Source: Candidatus Krumholzibacteriia bacterium (lineage in GTDB: Bacteria > Krumholzibacteriota > Krumholzibacteriia > JAJRXK01). From it: DNA of 64,000 bases. Shown piece by piece: positions 43,293 through 53,505 of this stretch. The position numbers and the translations under genes were made by a program. The notes below the pieces were generated by a model, which was not told the origin of the DNA, ran no database searches, and was given only the letters and a program-made list of their open reading frames with translations. Each line of letters begins with the position of its first letter. Positions within the stretch are counted from its first letter, which is position 1. Location of the stretch: assembly GCA_041484665.1 (NCBI GenBank), contig JBGPIA010000006.1, positions 64,001 to 128,000 of the forward strand. Reading direction: 5' to 3'.

Positions 43293-44447
43293 TCAGCTAC
43301 CCGCGCCCGCCGCGGCTTCGCCCCCACCACCGTTGGTCGCCAGACCGTGCAGCAGACGCCAGCGTGCCACCCATGCCTCGCGCTGCCGCAGCACGCTTGC
43401 GCGGTCGTAGAAGGCCGTGGCCTCCGGCGCGAGCGCGCCCTGCGAGAGGTAGCTGGGCGGCTGCACATCGCCGCGCAGCGGAACTCGCATGCCCACGCTG
43501 GCCTGGATCTCCGCCGCCTTCCGGCCGACCAGGAACCGCACCAACGCGTGGCACGATTCGGGATCGCGCGCACCCAGCAGGATGCTGACGCCGCCGACCT
43601 CGTAGCCGGTCTGCTCGGGGATGCGCAGCGACACCGGTAGGCGCTCGCGCTCGATGCGTCGCAGGACGTCGTGGGCCCAGCCCACGCCGAGATCCATCGC
43701 ACCCGCAGCCACTCGCGCCACGGGGATCTCCGAGCGGGCCTCATAGCGTACCCCGTTCTCCCGCAGGAGCTCCATGTACTCCCACCCACGCTCGGGGTCG
43801 GTCTGGCGCAAGAGCTGGGTCGCCAGGAAGACGAGTCCTCCACCCGACTGGTCGGGCGAGGGGATCGCCACCCGGCCCTTCCACCGCGGGTTGATCAGGG
43901 TCAGCCACTCGGGAGGATTGGCCTGGAGATCGGGCAACGGCCGGTAGACCAGGCACAGGTATCCCAGGTAGAGGGGCGTCCAGTGGCCGATGGGGTCATC
44001 GTAGCGAGTGACGCGCGCCGGGTCCGGCGGCGGCGTGAAGCGCTCGAGCTTCCCCGTCTTCGCCAGCTCCTCGTGGATCTCGACGGTCCCGCCCAGCAGC
44101 ACGTCAGGATGGATCCGCCCCTGGGAGATCCACTCCACCGTGCTCTGCGCTCCCCCTGCGAATGGGTCGATGTCGCAGAGGATTCCGGTCTCCCGCGTGA
44201 AGGCCTCAGCCAGGGCGCGACTGGTCTCCTCGTCGAGCACCGAGACCACGCGGACGCGGCGGACGTCAGGGCCGGCCGGCGGCTGCCAGACCGCAATGGG
44301 GACGGCCGTGAGGGCGATCCCGGTCACCCACACCCAGCGCAAAGCCCGGGAGCGGCGCGCCGTGGGTGTGTTGCGCAGCGCCCAGGTCAAAGCGCCCAGG
44401 GCGAGCCCCAGAACGGTCTGCAGCACCAGGATCGCACGGAACGTCAC
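43293..44447 (-). CDS. ABC transporter substrate-binding protein (Fe3+/thiamine/AfuA-like) with N-terminal TM helices
   Basis: AFTRETGI, PDVLLGG, PPEWLTLINPRWKGRVAIPSPDQSG, PEQTGYEVGGVSI. Confidence 0.75.
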   Translation of the reverse strand: MTFRAILVLQTVLGLALGALTWALRNTPTARRSRALRWVWVTGIALTAVPIAVWQPPAGPDVRRVRVVSVLDEETSRALAEAFTRETGILCDIDPFAGGAQSTVEWISQGRIHPDVLLGGTVEIHEELAKTGKLERFTPPPDPARVTRYDDPIGHWTPLYLGYLCLVYRPLPDLQANPPEWLTLINPRWKGRVAIPSPDQSGGGLVFLATQLLRQTDPERGWEYMELLRENGVRYEARSEIPVARVAAGAMDLGVGWAHDVLRRIERERLPVSLRIPEQTGYEVGGVSILLGARDPESCHALVRFLVGRKAAEIQASVGMRVPLRGDVQPPSYLSQGALAPEATAFYDRASVLRQREAWVARWRLLHGLATNGGGGEAAAGAGS

Positions 44448-44681
44448 GGACGGCTCGCTTCAAAGAAGGCACGGGCAGGGCTGCGGGCACGCTTCGCGGC
44501 ACAGCGAAGAAGAGTAGGCGCCGGGAGGCCGGACGGGCAAGCGCGGGCCGTCGGTGTGGGCCGTTGGTGGGTGCGCGCCGCGCCGGGGGACACCAAGGAA
44601 TTGTGTGAAGTCCCGGCCCCCAGGTGACGATCCCTAGGCACGCACGAGTCCAGGAACCCATGACCTGGGAGGATTTCGACC

Positions 44682-45863
44682 ATGGTGAACCGACTCGGGA
44701 CCGACGGGCGGTACGAGGCGCTCATGCGAGCGATGCACCGCTCGGGCACCCACTCGGCGATCCGCAGGGCGGCTGCCGCCCGAGCGGAGCAGCCGGGCTC
44801 GGGTACCGCGCCGTCGCGGGAGATCCCCGCCGCAGATGCGATCCGGAGCTTTGGGGGGGCCGCAGTCCTCACCACGCGCAGGCCGCACGCGGTGAGCCCC
44901 GCGACTGTCCAGACGCAGCCCGGAAAGCCGCTCGATACCCTGCCGACGACCCCCGTGACCGACCAGCCGTCCGCTCTGACCGAGGTGGGCGACGAGACGA
45001 CCCCCTGGGGCAGCAACGGCTTCTCGGTGGCCCTCGAGCTGCGGATCCGCATCCAGCTCAACTTGCCGCCGCCGTCGGCAACGGCGACTGCGGCCCCTGC
45101 GCCGACGCTCCCGTCCGGTGGAGACACGCCGGCAACCTTGCCGAGTCAACCGCCCGAGGCCACGCTGCCGAGCAGCCAGCCGGGCGCCCAGCCCGGCACC
45201 CAACCGGACACGCCGACCAACACCCAGCCGGGGACCACCAACACCGACCTGCAGCGGCAGCTCAAGCTCGAGCTGCGCAGCGTCGGCAAGGAGGTCCGGG
45301 CCGCACTGCGCGACCTGCTCCACAGCAGGGATCTGTCGGCCGACGCGCGGACCCAGATCCGGGAGCTGGCCAAGCAGTTCCGCCGCGACGTGCGCGACGC
45401 TCTCAGCAATGCCAGCCAGAACGATCAGTTCGACCCGGACGCATTGATGGCGGGAGTGCGCCAGGCGCTGGACACGCTGGTGAACGGTCTGCAGACGCTG
45501 GCCACCCAGCTGTCGGGCGGCAGCGGGACTGATCAGCCCGGTGCCCAGCAGCCCCCAACCGGCCAGCAGCCGGCGCCGAGCCAACCTCCGGTGACCACGG
45601 GCGACACACCCACGATCATCCCGGTGACGCCGCCGCGGCTGCAACCCGGCGATCCGCCGTGGATCGTCCCCGTCACTCCGCCGCGGCTGCAACCCGGCGA
45701 TCCGCCGTGGATCGTCCCCGTCACTCCGCCGCGGCTGCAACCCGGCTTCCTGGCGGGCCTGCTGCCGATTGCCGTTGCGCAGCTCCAGCCCGGGCAGTTG
45801 GCCGCGGGGTACTCGTTCCAGTACAACATCCAGATCCAGGGACGCTTGGAACTCTACGCCTGA
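44682..45863 (+). CDS. Hypothetical Pro/Thr/Gln-rich protein with helical core
   Basis: GGAGG RBS; 393-aa ORF with GC3-rich codons; 16-aa repeats. Confidence 0.7.
   Translation: MVNRLGTDGRYEALMRAMHRSGTHSAIRRAAAARAEQPGSGTAPSREIPAADAIRSFGGAAVLTTRRPHAVSPATVQTQPGKPLDTLPTTPVTDQPSALTEVGDETTPWGSNGFSVALELRIRIQLNLPPPSATATAAPAPTLPSGGDTPATLPSQPPEATLPSSQPGAQPGTQPDTPTNTQPGTTNTDLQRQLKLELRSVGKEVRAALRDLLHSRDLSADARTQIRELAKQFRRDVRDALSNASQNDQFDPDALMAGVRQALDTLVNGLQTLATQLSGGSGTDQPGAQQPPTGQQPAPSQPPVTTGDTPTIIPVTPPRLQPGDPPWIVPVTPPRLQPGDPPWIVPVTPPRLQPGFLAGLLPIAVAQLQPGQLAAGYSFQYNIQIQGRLELYA
45615..45746. repeat. 48-bp in-frame tandem repeat (IVPVTPPRLQPGDPPW), about 2.7 copies
   Basis: Near-identical DNA copies. Confidence 0.9.
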
Positions 45864-45953
45864 AGCTTCACACCGCGCTGATGGGCGGAGCCGCAATCGC
45901 CGGGTCCGGGCTCAAGAGCCCGGGCCCGGCGGGCAGCCGTGGAGATCGACCCT

Positions 45954-46376
<423 letters not shown>

Positions 46377-46607
46377 CGCTCCCACCTCCGCCGCCCCCGC
46401 ACGCGGACGTCTCGCCAGCGCCCGGCCGCCTGCCAGACCCAACATTGCGCCGCGCGAGGGGCGGGCCTTTTTTTGTCCCGTCGCGCGCCCGGTCCCGCCC
46501 GCGGGCGTGACCCCGTCGCGGGTTGGCATTAGACTTGGGGGTTGTCGCGCTCGCACCGCCCCCGCGCGATGCCGGCAGCACCTGCCACGCGCAAAGGAGA
46601 CTGCTCC

Positions 46608-47900
46608 ATGGCTGAAGTCGCCAAGCTCGTCATCGACGGGAAGACCTACGAGCTGCCCATCGTCATCGGGACCGAAGGGGAGCGTGCGATCGACATCTCC
46701 AAGCTGCGCGCCACTGCCGGGTGCATCACCTTGGACACGGGCTACGCCAATACGGGGTGCTGCATCAGCTCGATCACGTTCATCGACGGGGACAAGGGCA
46801 TCCTGCGCTATCGCGGTTATCCCATCGAGGAGCTGGCGGAGAAGAGCACCTTCCTCGAGACAGCCTACCTGCTGCTGCACGGGGAGCTGCCGACGAAGGC
46901 GCAGCTGGAGAAGTTCAGCGACCTCATCACGCATCACACCATGGTGCACGAGGACATCATCCGGAACCTGTTCCGGGGCTTTCCCAAGAGCGCGCATCCG
47001 ATGGCCGTGACGGCCTCCGTGGTGGGCGCGCTGTCGACGTTCTACCAGGATTCCCTCGATCCCATGGATCCCGAGCAGGTGGGGATCTCGATGATCCGCC
47101 TGATCGCCAAGGTCTCGACCATCGCGGCCTACGCGTACAAGTACAGCATCGGGCAGCCGTTCAACTACCCGCAGAACCGGCTCACGTACCCAGAGAACAT
47201 CCTGCACATGATGTTCGCCACGCCGGCCGAGCGTTACGACGTGCACCCAGTGCTGGCCCGCGCCGTGGACGTGCTGCTGATCCTCCACGCCGACCACGAG
47301 CAGAACTGCTCCACGAGCACGATGCGCATGGTGGGCTCGTCGCAGGCCAACATCTACGCGTCGGTGTCCGCTGCGATCAACGCGCTGTGGGGCCCGCTGC
47401 ACGGCGGCGCCAACCAGGCGGTGATCGAGATGCTGCAGGGGATCTCCGACAACGAGGGCAGCGCGCGCGGGTTCCTGGATCGCTGCAAGGACCAGAACGA
47501 CACCACGCGGCTTATGGGCTTCGGCCACCGCGTCTACAAGAACTTCGACCCCCGCGCCCGCATTCTCAAGGAGATGACCCGTTCGGTGCTAGATGCGGTG
47601 GGCCGTTCGACGCGGCTGCTGGACATCGCGGTCGAGCTGGAGGAGATGGCGCTGCACGACGAGTATTTCGTGAAGCGCAAGCTCTACCCCAACGTCGATT
47701 TCTACAGCGGCATCATCTATCAGACGCTGGGCATCCCGGTGAACATGTTCACGGTGTTCTTCGCGCTGGGCCGGCTGCCGGGGTGGGTCTCCCACTGGAT
47801 CGAGCAGAACATGGACTCCAACACCAAGATCGGCCGGCCGCGCCAGGTCTACATGGGGTCCCGCGAGCGCCGCTACGCGCCCATCCAGGCGCGCGGCTGA
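46608..47900 (+). CDS. gltA: Citrate synthase (type II-like)
   Basis: ILRYRGYPIEELA, ILHADHEQNCST, GPLHGGAN, GFGHRVYKNFDPRA, YPNVDFYSG; AAGGAG RBS. Confidence 0.97.
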   Translation: MAEVAKLVIDGKTYELPIVIGTEGERAIDISKLRATAGCITLDTGYANTGCCISSITFIDGDKGILRYRGYPIEELAEKSTFLETAYLLLHGELPTKAQLEKFSDLITHHTMVHEDIIRNLFRGFPKSAHPMAVTASVVGALSTFYQDSLDPMDPEQVGISMIRLIAKVSTIAAYAYKYSIGQPFNYPQNRLTYPENILHMMFATPAERYDVHPVLARAVDVLLILHADHEQNCSTSTMRMVGSSQANIYASVSAAINALWGPLHGGANQAVIEMLQGISDNEGSARGFLDRCKDQNDTTRLMGFGHRVYKNFDPRARILKEMTRSVLDAVGRSTRLLDIAVELEEMALHDEYFVKRKLYPNVDFYSGIIYQTLGIPVNMFTVFFALGRLPGWVSHWIEQNMDSNTKIGRPRQVYMGSRERRYAPIQARG

Positions 47901-47964
47901 TTTCGCGCTGCGCGGTGCCGGGTGACGCCTTCGCCAAGTGACGCCGGTGGGCGCGACCGCCGGC

Positions 47965-49728
47965 TCACCGGCTTCTGGCCTGAGCCACCGCCTCGCTCAG
48001 TGCCCGCGTCCACTCCCCCTGCGGCTCCTGCCGCTCGTACGCCCGCAGCAGCTCCTCGGCCGCGGGCAGGTCCCCGCGGTCCAGCGCGATCTGCGCACGG
48101 TCGTAGAGCGCGCGCAGGTAGTGCGGCGAGGACTCCGGAACGTCCTTCAGGCTGCACTCAGCCGCGTCCAGCAGCGCGCGGCGTGCGCGTGGGTCGGCCA
48201 CTTCCTGGGCCTGCTCCCGAGAGACGATCGCTCGACCGATGAGGGCCTCGGGATCGCGGGGATCGATCGCCACCGCGCGATTGTAGGACTCCGCGGCCAG
48301 TGCCAACCGGCCGTGCGTCAGCCGGAGGTGCCCCAAGACGTCCAGGAGCTGGACGCGGTCGCCGCCGCGAGCCCGCGCCAGCTGCTGCACCAGGTCCCGC
48401 TCCACTTGCTCGTAACGCGCCTGCGCGGCCGGATCGATGGGAACCACCGCGGTCCGACGCAGGGGACCGGGCAACTCGGGCCGCAGGGTCTGGGCGAGGC
48501 GCAGTGGGCTGTCCAGCGCCCGCGGCATCAGAGTGCCCGCCTCCAATAACGCGTCGCGGATCGCGGCTTCCACGTCGTCACGCTGGCGGTGCAGGCACAG
48601 CGCGAGAGCCGCAGCCAGTGCGAGCAGCAGGCCCGCCGCGATCCCGGCGGTCCATGCGGGTCGCCGCGACAAGCGCGCGCGCATCCCGCGCCCCGCTCCG
48701 CCTGCCACTGGCTGCGCGGGCGACGCAATCGAAGCGGTCGGCGCGGGCGGCGCAATCGAAGCGGTCGGTGCGCTCTGCGCGGCCGCGCGGGCGAGGATTC
48801 CTTCCAGACGCTCCTGCGCCGGAGCAGGGAAGCGCGCCGCGTAGTCGGCGAGCTCCTGGGCGGTCGGTGGCGCCCCCACCAGCTTGGACCAGAGGCGCAG
48901 CGTGCGGCGGCACTCCGCGCAGCGTGTCAGGTGGGAGATGCGCCGGTCGCGCTCCGCAGCGGAGAGCTCGCCGGCCAGGAAGCGTAGCGCGTCTTCGTCG
49001 CCGCCCCAGTGCTCCGGCGGGAATTCCGGGCCACCCGGATCGGGGCCGCCGGGGTCGAGGTCGCGCGAGCGCGCGCCGGGCCCGCCGAAGCTCCGCTGCA
49101 TCACGCCCCTGGCTTTAGCCAGCACCTTCTCGACGCCCCCACGTGACAGGTTGGTCCAGCCACCGTCAGCGATCTCCTGGGCCGACATCTCGCCCAGCCA
49201 GGCCAGCTGGCAGATGAGGATGTCGCGCTCGCACTCCGGCCGCCCGTGCCAGACTCTCCGCAGCTCGCGCTCGAAACGCTCGCGCCATTCGTCGTTGATC
49301 ACCGACTGCAGCGGATCTGGCTGGGGATCCGAGATGTTCTCCAACACGCGCTCCTGCGCCTGCGCGTCCGGCATGCGCACGACGCGGGGCCGGGACTGCG
49401 CCGACTGCCGGCGCATCAGATCGGTCAAGGCGCGCCGCGCCGTCAGCGCGAGGTATCTCTTGAATACCTGCTCGTCGCGTGCCCGGAACCGCAGGAGGGC
49501 CGCGCGATCGTCGCGCAGCAGCTTCACCCAGGTCTCGATGCAGACGTCAGCGATGTCGACGTCTCCGTTGGACAGCAGATACCCGCCGCGCGAGGCGCGC
49601 TGGAGCACGGTGAAGATGTGCGGATCGTAGGTCCGGTACATCTGGTACCACGCTTTCCGATCGTCGGCGGACGCGGCACACCGGGCAAGCAGCTCGGCGA
49701 AGGGCAGCGGGTCAGGCAGGGGAGGCAT
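47965..49728 (-). CDS. ECF sigma factor fused to zf-HC2 anti-sigma domain, TM helix and TPR domain
   Basis: Sigma2 (AWYQMYRTY, DVCIETWVKL, FKRYLALTARRALTDLMRR); sigma4 (MSAQEIA..VEKVLAKAR); HLTRCAEC; TM WTAGIAAGLLLALAAALAL; TPR-like helices. Single open frame. Confidence 0.75.
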   Translation of the reverse strand: MPPLPDPLPFAELLARCAASADDRKAWYQMYRTYDPHIFTVLQRASRGGYLLSNGDVDIADVCIETWVKLLRDDRAALLRFRARDEQVFKRYLALTARRALTDLMRRQSAQSRPRVVRMPDAQAQERVLENISDPQPDPLQSVINDEWRERFERELRRVWHGRPECERDILICQLAWLGEMSAQEIADGGWTNLSRGGVEKVLAKARGVMQRSFGGPGARSRDLDPGGPDPGGPEFPPEHWGGDEDALRFLAGELSAAERDRRISHLTRCAECRRTLRLWSKLVGAPPTAQELADYAARFPAPAQERLEGILARAAAQSAPTASIAPPAPTASIASPAQPVAGGAGRGMRARLSRRPAWTAGIAAGLLLALAAALALCLHRQRDDVEAAIRDALLEAGTLMPRALDSPLRLAQTLRPELPGPLRRTAVVPIDPAAQARYEQVERDLVQQLARARGGDRVQLLDVLGHLRLTHGRLALAAESYNRAVAIDPRDPEALIGRAIVSREQAQEVADPRARRALLDAAECSLKDVPESSPHYLRALYDRAQIALDRGDLPAAEELLRAYERQEPQGEWTRALSEAVAQARSR

Positions 49729-49977
49729 CTTCGGGGGCGCGCAGTGAGCGATGACCGCGTGCGTTCCCGAGTATGGCACAACCCGACGTTCCTGGCGCCG
49801 GAAGGTCCCGGTGTGGACCAGCCCGCCTGCGGCCGTCCCTAGCCAATAGAGACGCAGGAATGGGGGGATCTCCCCCCTGGAAATCGGAGCTACAATCGCC
49901 CGCGGGCGGTTGTCCCGACGATTCCGGCGCCCGCCCCGAGCACCCGGGCGCACGCCCACGCCGGTTTTCCGGTTCCG

Positions 49978-52900
49978 TTGGAGGACGATTCCATCCGCCG
50001 CGATCCCGCAGTGTCGCCCCGCGGTCCGCGCGCCCGCTCGTCGCCCCGCATGCTCACGGCGGGCGCCGTGGGCGCGGTGATGCTCGCGGCCGGCGGCCTC
50101 CTGCTCACGCTCCAGGCCCGCCGCGCGGCGCCACCGACCCCCCCCGCGCTGAGCGCCGCGCTGCCGCTGCCGCCCTACATCGACGGTCCGCTGCCACCGG
50201 GCTTGCCGGAGCCTACGACCGGGGCCCCGGCCAGCCCTGATGAGCTACAGGGCCTGCTCGCCCTGCACGCGGAGGGCCTCACGCGCCGTCCATCGGACGT
50301 CGGGCTGCGCGTGCGGACGATCGCGCTGGAGCTGGCGCTGGACCTCCCCGACGCGGCGCTGCGCGACGCGCTCGAAGCGCCCGCCCACGATCCCCGGCTG
50401 GCATTCCTGGAAGCCGGGTCGCGCCTGCGGGGGGCGCCGCGCGTGGACGATCCGCTGGACGAGGAGGATCAGCTGCGGCGGGCCACCCGTGCGCTCGCCC
50501 CCTTGCGCGCGCTGTCCGCCTTTCGGCTGCCGGCCGACGTGCTGCGGGCACGGATTGCCTGCAGGCTCGGCGAGGCCGGGCCGGCGGACTCGCTGCTGGC
50601 CTTCGTCCCCGCTTCGGCGGAGGGCTGGCGCGCGCGCCTGCAGGCTGCAGCGCTGCAGACGGGGCTGGGAAACCGCACCGCCTGGAGAGACCAGTTCGTC
50701 CTGCGCGAGAGCTCGGCCGATACCGCTGCGATGCGCGCGCTCGCCCGCGGCTGGCAGCTCAATTTCGTGCGCTGTTTGCAGGCCGACCTGGATACGGCCT
50801 GGAACCGGACGTTTGCGGAGGATCTTGCGGCACGCGACTCGATCGTCGCGCGCGTGCGGCGCCTCGCCGGCGAGCTGGGCACGCCGGCCGGCCTGTGCAA
50901 CGGCGTGCTCTCGGAGGCAGACCAGCTGGTGGCGTTTCCGCGCGCGCAGCTCCCGCGCGCACGCCGGCTGGACGCCACCTTCCGGCGGCTGATCGAGCTG
51001 ATCAACCCCCCGGCGGGCAAAGTACCCAGCGCGGCGAGCTACGACTCGGTCCTGGTGCTGACCCCGGCGGCGCTGGCGGACGCGGCGGCGCTGGGGTGGA
51101 AGCGACGCGCGTTCGATCTGCATTGGGCGCGCGCCATGGCCCTGGACGGGCTTGACCGCCCGGCCGACGCCCTGGACGAAGCGCGCGCGATGGGCGCCCT
51201 GGCGCGTGCGGCGAACGACCCCGCGATGGCCTGGGCGACCGCACGATGGGTCCACTCCGCGGCGTCGAACATCGGACGCTTGCAGGAAGCGCTCGACGCA
51301 CTGGCCGACTTGCAGCGGCTCGACGCGGCTTGGCAGTTCGACGCAGCGACCGTGAGCCGGGGCAATGGCTTTCTGCGGTTTCAGCTGGGGGACCTGCGCG
51401 GAGCCTTCGAATACTGGGCGCTCGGCTACCGCGACGCGCGTCGCCAGGGGGCCGTGGATGCGATCGTGAGCAATCTCGAGAATCTCGCGTTCGCGTCCCT
51501 CGCTCTGGGCCGCCCCCAGAAGGCAATGGCGTACGCCGGCGAAGCGATCGAGACAGCACAGGGTCCCCGTGCGCAGCGGTTGCCGCCGAACCGCAAGAAG
51601 AGCGTGCACACCACCGCAGCGTACGCCCGCGTCGACCTCGGCGTCGCGGTGGCGCAGCAGCCGGGCGGCGACCTCGCCCCGTTGCGGGCAGCGATCGACA
51701 CCTGCGAGGCGAGCCCCGTCGGGCGCGCCGCCGTCGAGGGGCGAATGATCCTGGCGCGGCTGCTGAGCGCGCGCGGCGCTCAGGCGCAGGCGCAGTCCGA
51801 GGCGGCGCAGGCGCGGGCGCGCGCCGAGGCCGTCGACGCAGCCGACCTTGTGTGGCGCGCCACCGCGGTGCATGGCGAAGTATGCGCTGCGAGCGGCCGG
51901 GTGCAGGAAGCCGCGGCCGACTTCGAGCACGCGCTGGGCGAAGTGGAAGCGCTGCGGGGTTCCCTGGTGAAGCGTGACGAGCGTACGGTCCTGCTGCTCT
52001 CAGCGCGGGAGCTGGCCGACCGCTACATCGCGCTGGAAGCCGACGGTCTCAAAGACGCGGCGGCGGCATACGTCATCGACGAACGCTCCCGCGAGCACCG
52101 ACTCCGCGAGCAAGCGGGGCCCGCCGCCGCGGCAGCGCCGTGGCAATCCGAGCGTGCCCGCACGCTGGACGAGGTGGCCAATACGCTTCGCGACGGCGGG
52201 TTGCTCGTGCAGTTCCGCGTCGAGGACTCCCGCGTTCGCCTGTGGGCGGCGACGCGCCGGGAGCGCACGGCAGCAACCGTGACCATCGCCAAGGTCGAGC
52301 TGGACAGCCTCGTCACCGAGTGGCTGGCGGCCATCGAGGGGGGATCGAGCAGCTCGATCGCGGGGATCCTCGGGGACCGGCTGTTGGGGCCGATCGCCAC
52401 GTGGGTCGAGCCGGCACGCGACCTGGTGATCGTACCCGATGGCGCGCTGTGTCGGGTGCCGTTTGCGCTGCTGCGCCTGGATGGCCGCCGCCTGCTGGAG
52501 GACCACGTCGTGCGGTACGGGATCAGCGGGACCACCCAGGTGTCCCTCGCGCAGCGACGCGCGGGCAAAGGGGGGCGCACCACGACGGTCGCACCGCGGG
52601 TGCTGGCCGTGGGTTACGGCGGCAGCTGGGGTGAGGGCGGCGAAGGCACTCCCGCCGCGCCGCGCGCCACGGCGGCGCCCATGCTGCCCTTCGCGGAGCG
52701 CGAGGTGGCGGCCGTCGCCGCACTCGCTCCCGGCTCGGTCCTGCTCACCGGCACGCTGGCTTGCCCCTCGCGCACCCTCACCGCCCTTCCGCGCGCGACC
52801 CACCTTCACATCGCCGCGCACAGCGGCGTGGACCTGGTCGGCCGGCCATTTCTGCTGCTCGCCTCCGATCCGGCCAGGCTGGGGGGGGGCGACGGCGCGG

Positions 52901-53382
52901 CCGGCGGCGCAGGCGGCGGCGGCAACGGCGCCGGGGGGGTGCGCGTGACGGCACAGGAGATCGCGCGTTGGCCTCTGGCCGGGGTACGGCTGGTGACGCT
53001 CTCGGCCTGCTCCACCGCTCCCGCGCCCGGCGACGGCCGCGTCCTCGCTACAGGCGCGGCTTCGCGTGCGACCGGAGCCTCCGCGATGAGCGCCGCCGGG
53101 GCCGCGGGCGCGCCGGACTTGGAGCTGGCCACAACCGCCGGCGGAGTCACTGGCCTGGGTGCCGCAATCTTCCTAGGGGGGGCCGGAGCTCTGATTGCGT
53201 CTCTATGGGATGTCGAGGATGCCTCGACGCTGGATTTGATGCAGCTCCTGTATGCGTCGCTGCTCACTGAGGGAGCCGACCCGGCGGAGGCGCTGCGGAC
53301 CGCACAGCTCCAGCTCGCGCGCCGGGACAGTCCTCCGCTGCCCGAGCGCGCGTGGGGCGCTTTCTGCGCCTACGGTCCATGA
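49978..53382 (+). CDS. TPR + CHAT (caspase HetF associated with TPR) protease with N-terminal membrane anchor
   Basis: LVIVPDGALCRVPF, LPFAEREV, HLHIAAHS (catalytic His), LVTLSACST (catalytic Cys), ASLWDVED, AEALRTAQL, WGAF. Confidence 0.9.
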   Translation: MEDDSIRRDPAVSPRGPRARSSPRMLTAGAVGAVMLAAGGLLLTLQARRAAPPTPPALSAALPLPPYIDGPLPPGLPEPTTGAPASPDELQGLLALHAEGLTRRPSDVGLRVRTIALELALDLPDAALRDALEAPAHDPRLAFLEAGSRLRGAPRVDDPLDEEDQLRRATRALAPLRALSAFRLPADVLRARIACRLGEAGPADSLLAFVPASAEGWRARLQAAALQTGLGNRTAWRDQFVLRESSADTAAMRALARGWQLNFVRCLQADLDTAWNRTFAEDLAARDSIVARVRRLAGELGTPAGLCNGVLSEADQLVAFPRAQLPRARRLDATFRRLIELINPPAGKVPSAASYDSVLVLTPAALADAAALGWKRRAFDLHWARAMALDGLDRPADALDEARAMGALARAANDPAMAWATARWVHSAASNIGRLQEALDALADLQRLDAAWQFDAATVSRGNGFLRFQLGDLRGAFEYWALGYRDARRQGAVDAIVSNLENLAFASLALGRPQKAMAYAGEAIETAQGPRAQRLPPNRKKSVHTTAAYARVDLGVAVAQQPGGDLAPLRAAIDTCEASPVGRAAVEGRMILARLLSARGAQAQAQSEAAQARARAEAVDAADLVWRATAVHGEVCAASGRVQEAAADFEHALGEVEALRGSLVKRDERTVLLLSARELADRYIALEADGLKDAAAAYVIDERSREHRLREQAGPAAAAAPWQSERARTLDEVANTLRDGGLLVQFRVEDSRVRLWAATRRERTAATVTIAKVELDSLVTEWLAAIEGGSSSSIAGILGDRLLGPIATWVEPARDLVIVPDGALCRVPFALLRLDGRRLLEDHVVRYGISGTTQVSLAQRRAGKGGRTTTVAPRVLAVGYGGSWGEGGEGTPAAPRATAAPMLPFAEREVAAVAALAPGSVLLTGTLACPSRTLTALPRATHLHIAAHSGVDLVGRPFLLLASDPARLGGGDGAAGGAGGGGNGAGGVRVTAQEIARWPLAGVRLVTLSACSTAPAPGDGRVLATGAASRATGASAMSAAGAAGAPDLELATTAGGVTGLGAAIFLGGAGALIASLWDVEDASTLDLMQLLYASLLTEGADPAEALRTAQLQLARRDSPPLPERAWGAFCAYGP

Positions 53383-53400
53383 GGGAGGGGTCCCCCTCCA

Positions 53401-53441
53401 GGGGGCCTTTCGGCATGGAGGGATCCATCCGGGAGGCCCCC
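53401..53441 (+). other. 18-bp RNA hairpin with GGGA tetraloop
   Basis: GGGGGCCT-TT-CGG-(C)-ATGGA[GGGA]TCCAT-CCG-GG-AGGCCCCC. Confidence 0.6.
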
Positions 53442-53505
53442 GCCGCTTCGGCTTTGGCGCGGTGCACACCCCAGGACGGGCCCGCCGCGCTCCGGGAGGT
53501 CCTCC

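Noticed and set aside
46440..46475. Rho-independent terminator before the T7 run upstream of gltA
   Set aside because: No convincing hairpin directly before the T-tract.
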